Part shown: positions 61,091-64,000 of the stretch, one piece after another
Position numbering within the stretch: the first letter of the stretch is position 1
Layout of the letters: every line of letters begins with the position of its first letter
NCBI GenBank assembly: GCA_038087875.1
Contig: CM075977.1
Location: 157,728,001-157,792,000, forward strand
DNA: 64,000 nt
Source: Malacoraja senta
Lineage: Eukaryota
Direction of reading: 5' to 3'
Translations under genes and position numbers: made by a program
The notes under the pieces: model-generated
Database searches by the model: none
Seen by the model: the letters and a program-made list of their open reading frames with translations, nothing else
Told to the model about the DNA's origin: nothing

Positions 61091-61250
61091 CACCCTGCTT
61101 GAAATGGTATGAAACTGCACTTGAATTTGGTGGCCTTGCACCCTGCATGAAATGGTATGAAACTGCATTTGAATTTGGTGGCCTTGCACCCTGCTTGAAG
61201 TGGTACAAAACTGCAATTGAATTTGGTGGCCTTGCACCCTGCTTGAAAAG
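61091..61250. repeat. 48-bp minisatellite CACCCTGCTTGAAATGGTATGAAACTGCACTTGAATTTGGTGGCCTTG, about 3.3 copies
   Basis: Direct reading; inverted counterpart at about 16735-16857. Confidence 0.88.
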
Positions 61251-61544
61251 GAATTTCAAGTATTAGCTGGGAGTCAACTGCCAGCCCACCAGCTGTGAGT
61301 GATCTGCCTTGAGGCTTGAGCTGCCACCCCAAGAATCCATTTGGCCCACAATGTCCATACTAGCCCTCTGGAAACCAGTCCCTTCAGCCCACAACACCCA
61401 TACTAGCTCTCCAGAAAGCCCCCCCCCCAATGGCCACCAATATTGGAATTTGGCGGAGAGGATTGCGTTGGGGGACCAGCCCTCCCATGTGAACATGGGA
61501 CCCAACAGGTCCCACTTAGTCTAGTAAAGCTATAAAAGGAAATA

Positions 61545-62370
61545 TGGTGTGTCTCCAATGTCTCTTACTAACTTCTACAGATGCACAGCAGATTGCATCC
61601 TATCGGGATGCATCACAACATGGTTAGAAACAGCCAAGCCCAAGATCATAAAAAATTTCATAGAGTTGTGAATACAGCCCAGTTCATCCCCCCCCCCCCC
61701 CCCATTTGATTCCAGCTACACTTCACGCTGTCTCTGGGAAAACAGCCAACATAGTCAAAGCCCCTTTTCACCCCAGTCATTCCCTCTTCTTCCATCTCTC
61801 GCTGGGCAGAAGATACATCAGCTACCAGATTCAGAAACAGCTTCCACTCCATTTCTATCAGACAACTGCACAACCCTCACATAAGCTAGAGTGTAGTCCT
61901 GATCTTCCCAACTGCCTCATTGTGCCTCATTGTGAACCTTGGAATGTTTTTAGTTCAGTTTAGTTGAGTTCAGTTTATTGTCACATGTAACGAGGTAGTG
62001 AAAAGCTTTTGTTGTGTGCTAACCAATCAATGGGAAGACAATACGTGATTACAATGAGCCACCCACAGTGTACAAACACATGATAAAGGGAATAATGTGA
62101 AATATGTTTTGTGCAAGATAAAATCCAGTAAAGTCCAATCAAAGATAGTCTGAGGATATCAAATGAGGTAGATCGTAGCTCAGGACTGCTCACTAGTTCT
62201 TGGTAGGATGGTTCAGTTACCTGAGAACAGCTGGGAAGAATCTGGACGTGTGAGTTTTCACACTTCTATGCCTCTTGCATGACATGAGAGGGAATAAGAG
62301 GAAATGGTCAGGGTGCAATTTGTCCTTGATTATGTTGGTGGCTTTGTCAAGGCAGAGTGAGGTGTAAATT
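61545..62370. mobile_element. Two tail-to-tail Rex/Babar-like 3' fragments (+ 61545-61945; - 61950-62370)
   Basis: AACTTCTACAGATGCAC..ATCCTATCGGGATGCATCAC; PFHPSHSLF..LGRRY; minus-strand tail TGACAATAAACTGAAC. Confidence 0.65.
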
Positions 62371-62549
62371 CGCACTCTCTTATTTTTTCTTTACATTACC
62401 TGTTGTACTTGTGAATGGCTATGAAAATACCATGTCCTGTTAATTAATTTGAACAAAAAATGTAAACCTAATCATAGTCATAAACTAGTCAATGCTGACA
62501 ACCTACCAGCCGTTTACATGAATCCTACATTAATCTCATTTTTACTGTA

Positions 62550-62819
62550 CTTCAGTTTAGAGAGATACAACATGAAAACAGGCCCATGGATTCCACACCA
62601 ACCATCAATCACTCGTTCACTCTAGTTCTGTGTTATTCTACTTTTACATCCTACAGACCCACACATCTTTAGGATATGGAAAGAAACCAAAACACCCAGA
62701 AAAAAACACAAGGTCATTTTAAGAATGTGCGAACTCCACACAGACTGACCAAGGTCAGGATTGATCCCAGACCTCTGGTGCTGTGAGGCAGTAGCTTTAC
62801 TACCTATGCCACTGTGCTA
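62550..62819 (-). mobile_element. Degenerate HE1-like SINE
   Basis: Tail and head motifs recognisable. Confidence 0.7.
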
Positions 62820-62869
62820 CAGTGCATCCTTTTGACTTGCTTATTTATACACATTTCCTCAATAATCTG

Positions 62870-62966
62870 AAGAGTCTGAAGAAGGGTTTCAGCCCGAAAC
62901 GTTGCCTATTTCCTTCGCTCCATAGATGCTGCTGCACCCGCTGAGTTTCTCCAGCATTTTTGTGTA
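62870..62966 (+). mobile_element. 97-bp Penelope-like insertion with a perfect 14-bp TSD
   Basis: TCCTCAATAATCTG at 62856-62869 and 62967-62980. Confidence 0.8.
62872..62908 (+). ncRNA. Minimal type I hammerhead-ribozyme-like motif
   Basis: CTGAAGA(62876)-A-GGG TTTCAG CCC-GAAA(62896)-CG-TT; palindromic AACGTT stem III. Confidence 0.55.
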
Positions 62967-63607
62967 TCCTCAATAATCTGGCTGGATTTTGTCCATCAGT
63001 CCCACTGTTCAGACCTTCATTGTAATGATCAGTCAGAAAAGGATTGCAATCCTATTGAATTGTAAACTAATTCTCTAAGGTCCTTCAAAATAATAATTCT
63101 CTTCAATAAGACCTTGCCGCAGGTTAAATTCATAGAAGGCAAACAAACCAAACTTGACAGGGAATTAGATATACTGTAACATTAACCAATAACAAACAAT
63201 ATTATTTCCGAAAACTAATTTTGTCTGCTTCCTTCCAACTCTCAGGATATAATGCAATATAGCAAGGGAAGTGGATCGTTTTTCTAAAAGCCTTCAATAT
63301 CGGGTAGTTCATTGTTTATGAAAGAGTAGTTACTCTCTTTTGCCCTAATAAGGAAAGGCAGAAGGCTTCTACTTAACTGCAGTCACCCTTGTAGGTTGGG
63401 GCCTAACTCCACATTATCAAGGCTGAGAAGGATATGTGTTAATGTATGGCTGTCATCTAGTTACTTATCATTCCAATCTGGAAATTGGCAAAAGAAAATG
63501 CAAATGGCTATCACCTTCATAGAAAAATCTCCCTCTGAAAAGGAAGATAGATGATGGTTATTGTTCAAAGCAAATCTGCCTGTCCTACTATATATTAGGT
63601 CAAGAGC

Positions 63608-63901
63608 CGAACGGTGGCACAGCTGGTAGAGCTGTTGCCTCACAGTGCCAGAGACCCCTTCCATCCTGATCTCAGGTGCTATCTGTGTCAGATTTGCACA
63701 TTCTCCCTGCGACTACATGGATTTCCTTTCCTGCCACATCTCAAAGATGTGCAGATTTGTAGGTTAATTGACCTTTGTAAAATTGCCCCGTGTGAGCAAA
63801 GAGTGGTTGCAAAAGCCAGATAACATAGAACTGGTATGAACGGGTGATCGATGGTCAGCGTGGACTTGGTGAGCCATAGAGCATGTTTCCATGCTGTATC
63901 T
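63608..63901 (+). mobile_element. HE1-like SINE
   Basis: CGGTGGCACAGCTGGTAGAGCTGTTGCC head, V-domain, TGTTTCCATGCTGTATCT tail. Confidence 0.85.
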
Positions 63902-64000
63902 TCCAATCAAACATTCAAGGAAAACTTCAAAGCCCTTCTCAATCATCTTTCTGTCCTCTACACAAATGCTCTGGACTATACCCCACAATAGCTTATTCAG

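Larger units (their letters stand above)
59891..61524 (+). mobile_element. Complete non-autonomous Helitron family A (1634 bp)
   Basis: A|TC 5' end at 59891, hairpin GGGACC-CAACA-GGTCCC at 61497-61513, CTAG|T 3' end at 61524, no TSD. Confidence 0.92.

Overview
Repeat-dominated vertebrate genomic DNA with no host protein-coding exon that I can support. The HE1/V-SINE-like and HER1/CR1-like repeats point to a cartilaginous fish, probably a skate or ray. One assembly gap lies at 45990-46272. The window holds decayed LINEs of six clades (CR1, L2, L1, Tx1, Rex1/Babar, RTE), tRNA-derived SINEs, a DIRS1-like tyrosine-recombinase retroelement with intact terminal-repeat/ICR architecture, a decayed Academ-like transposase, PIF/Harbinger MITEs and several minisatellites. 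Two systems stand out. (1) Five non-autonomous Helitron copies are built from stacked 5' modules. The family A modules each carry a GC-box/TATA/ETS/Inr promoter layout followed by a GTGAGT splice donor, and a PBX-PREP/MEIS-type decamer recurs across divergent subfamilies. (2) About eight short, often fold-back, Penelope-like elements carry hammerhead-ribozyme cores, and five have clear 10-14 bp target-site duplications. Family names come from motif recognition only; no database search was run.
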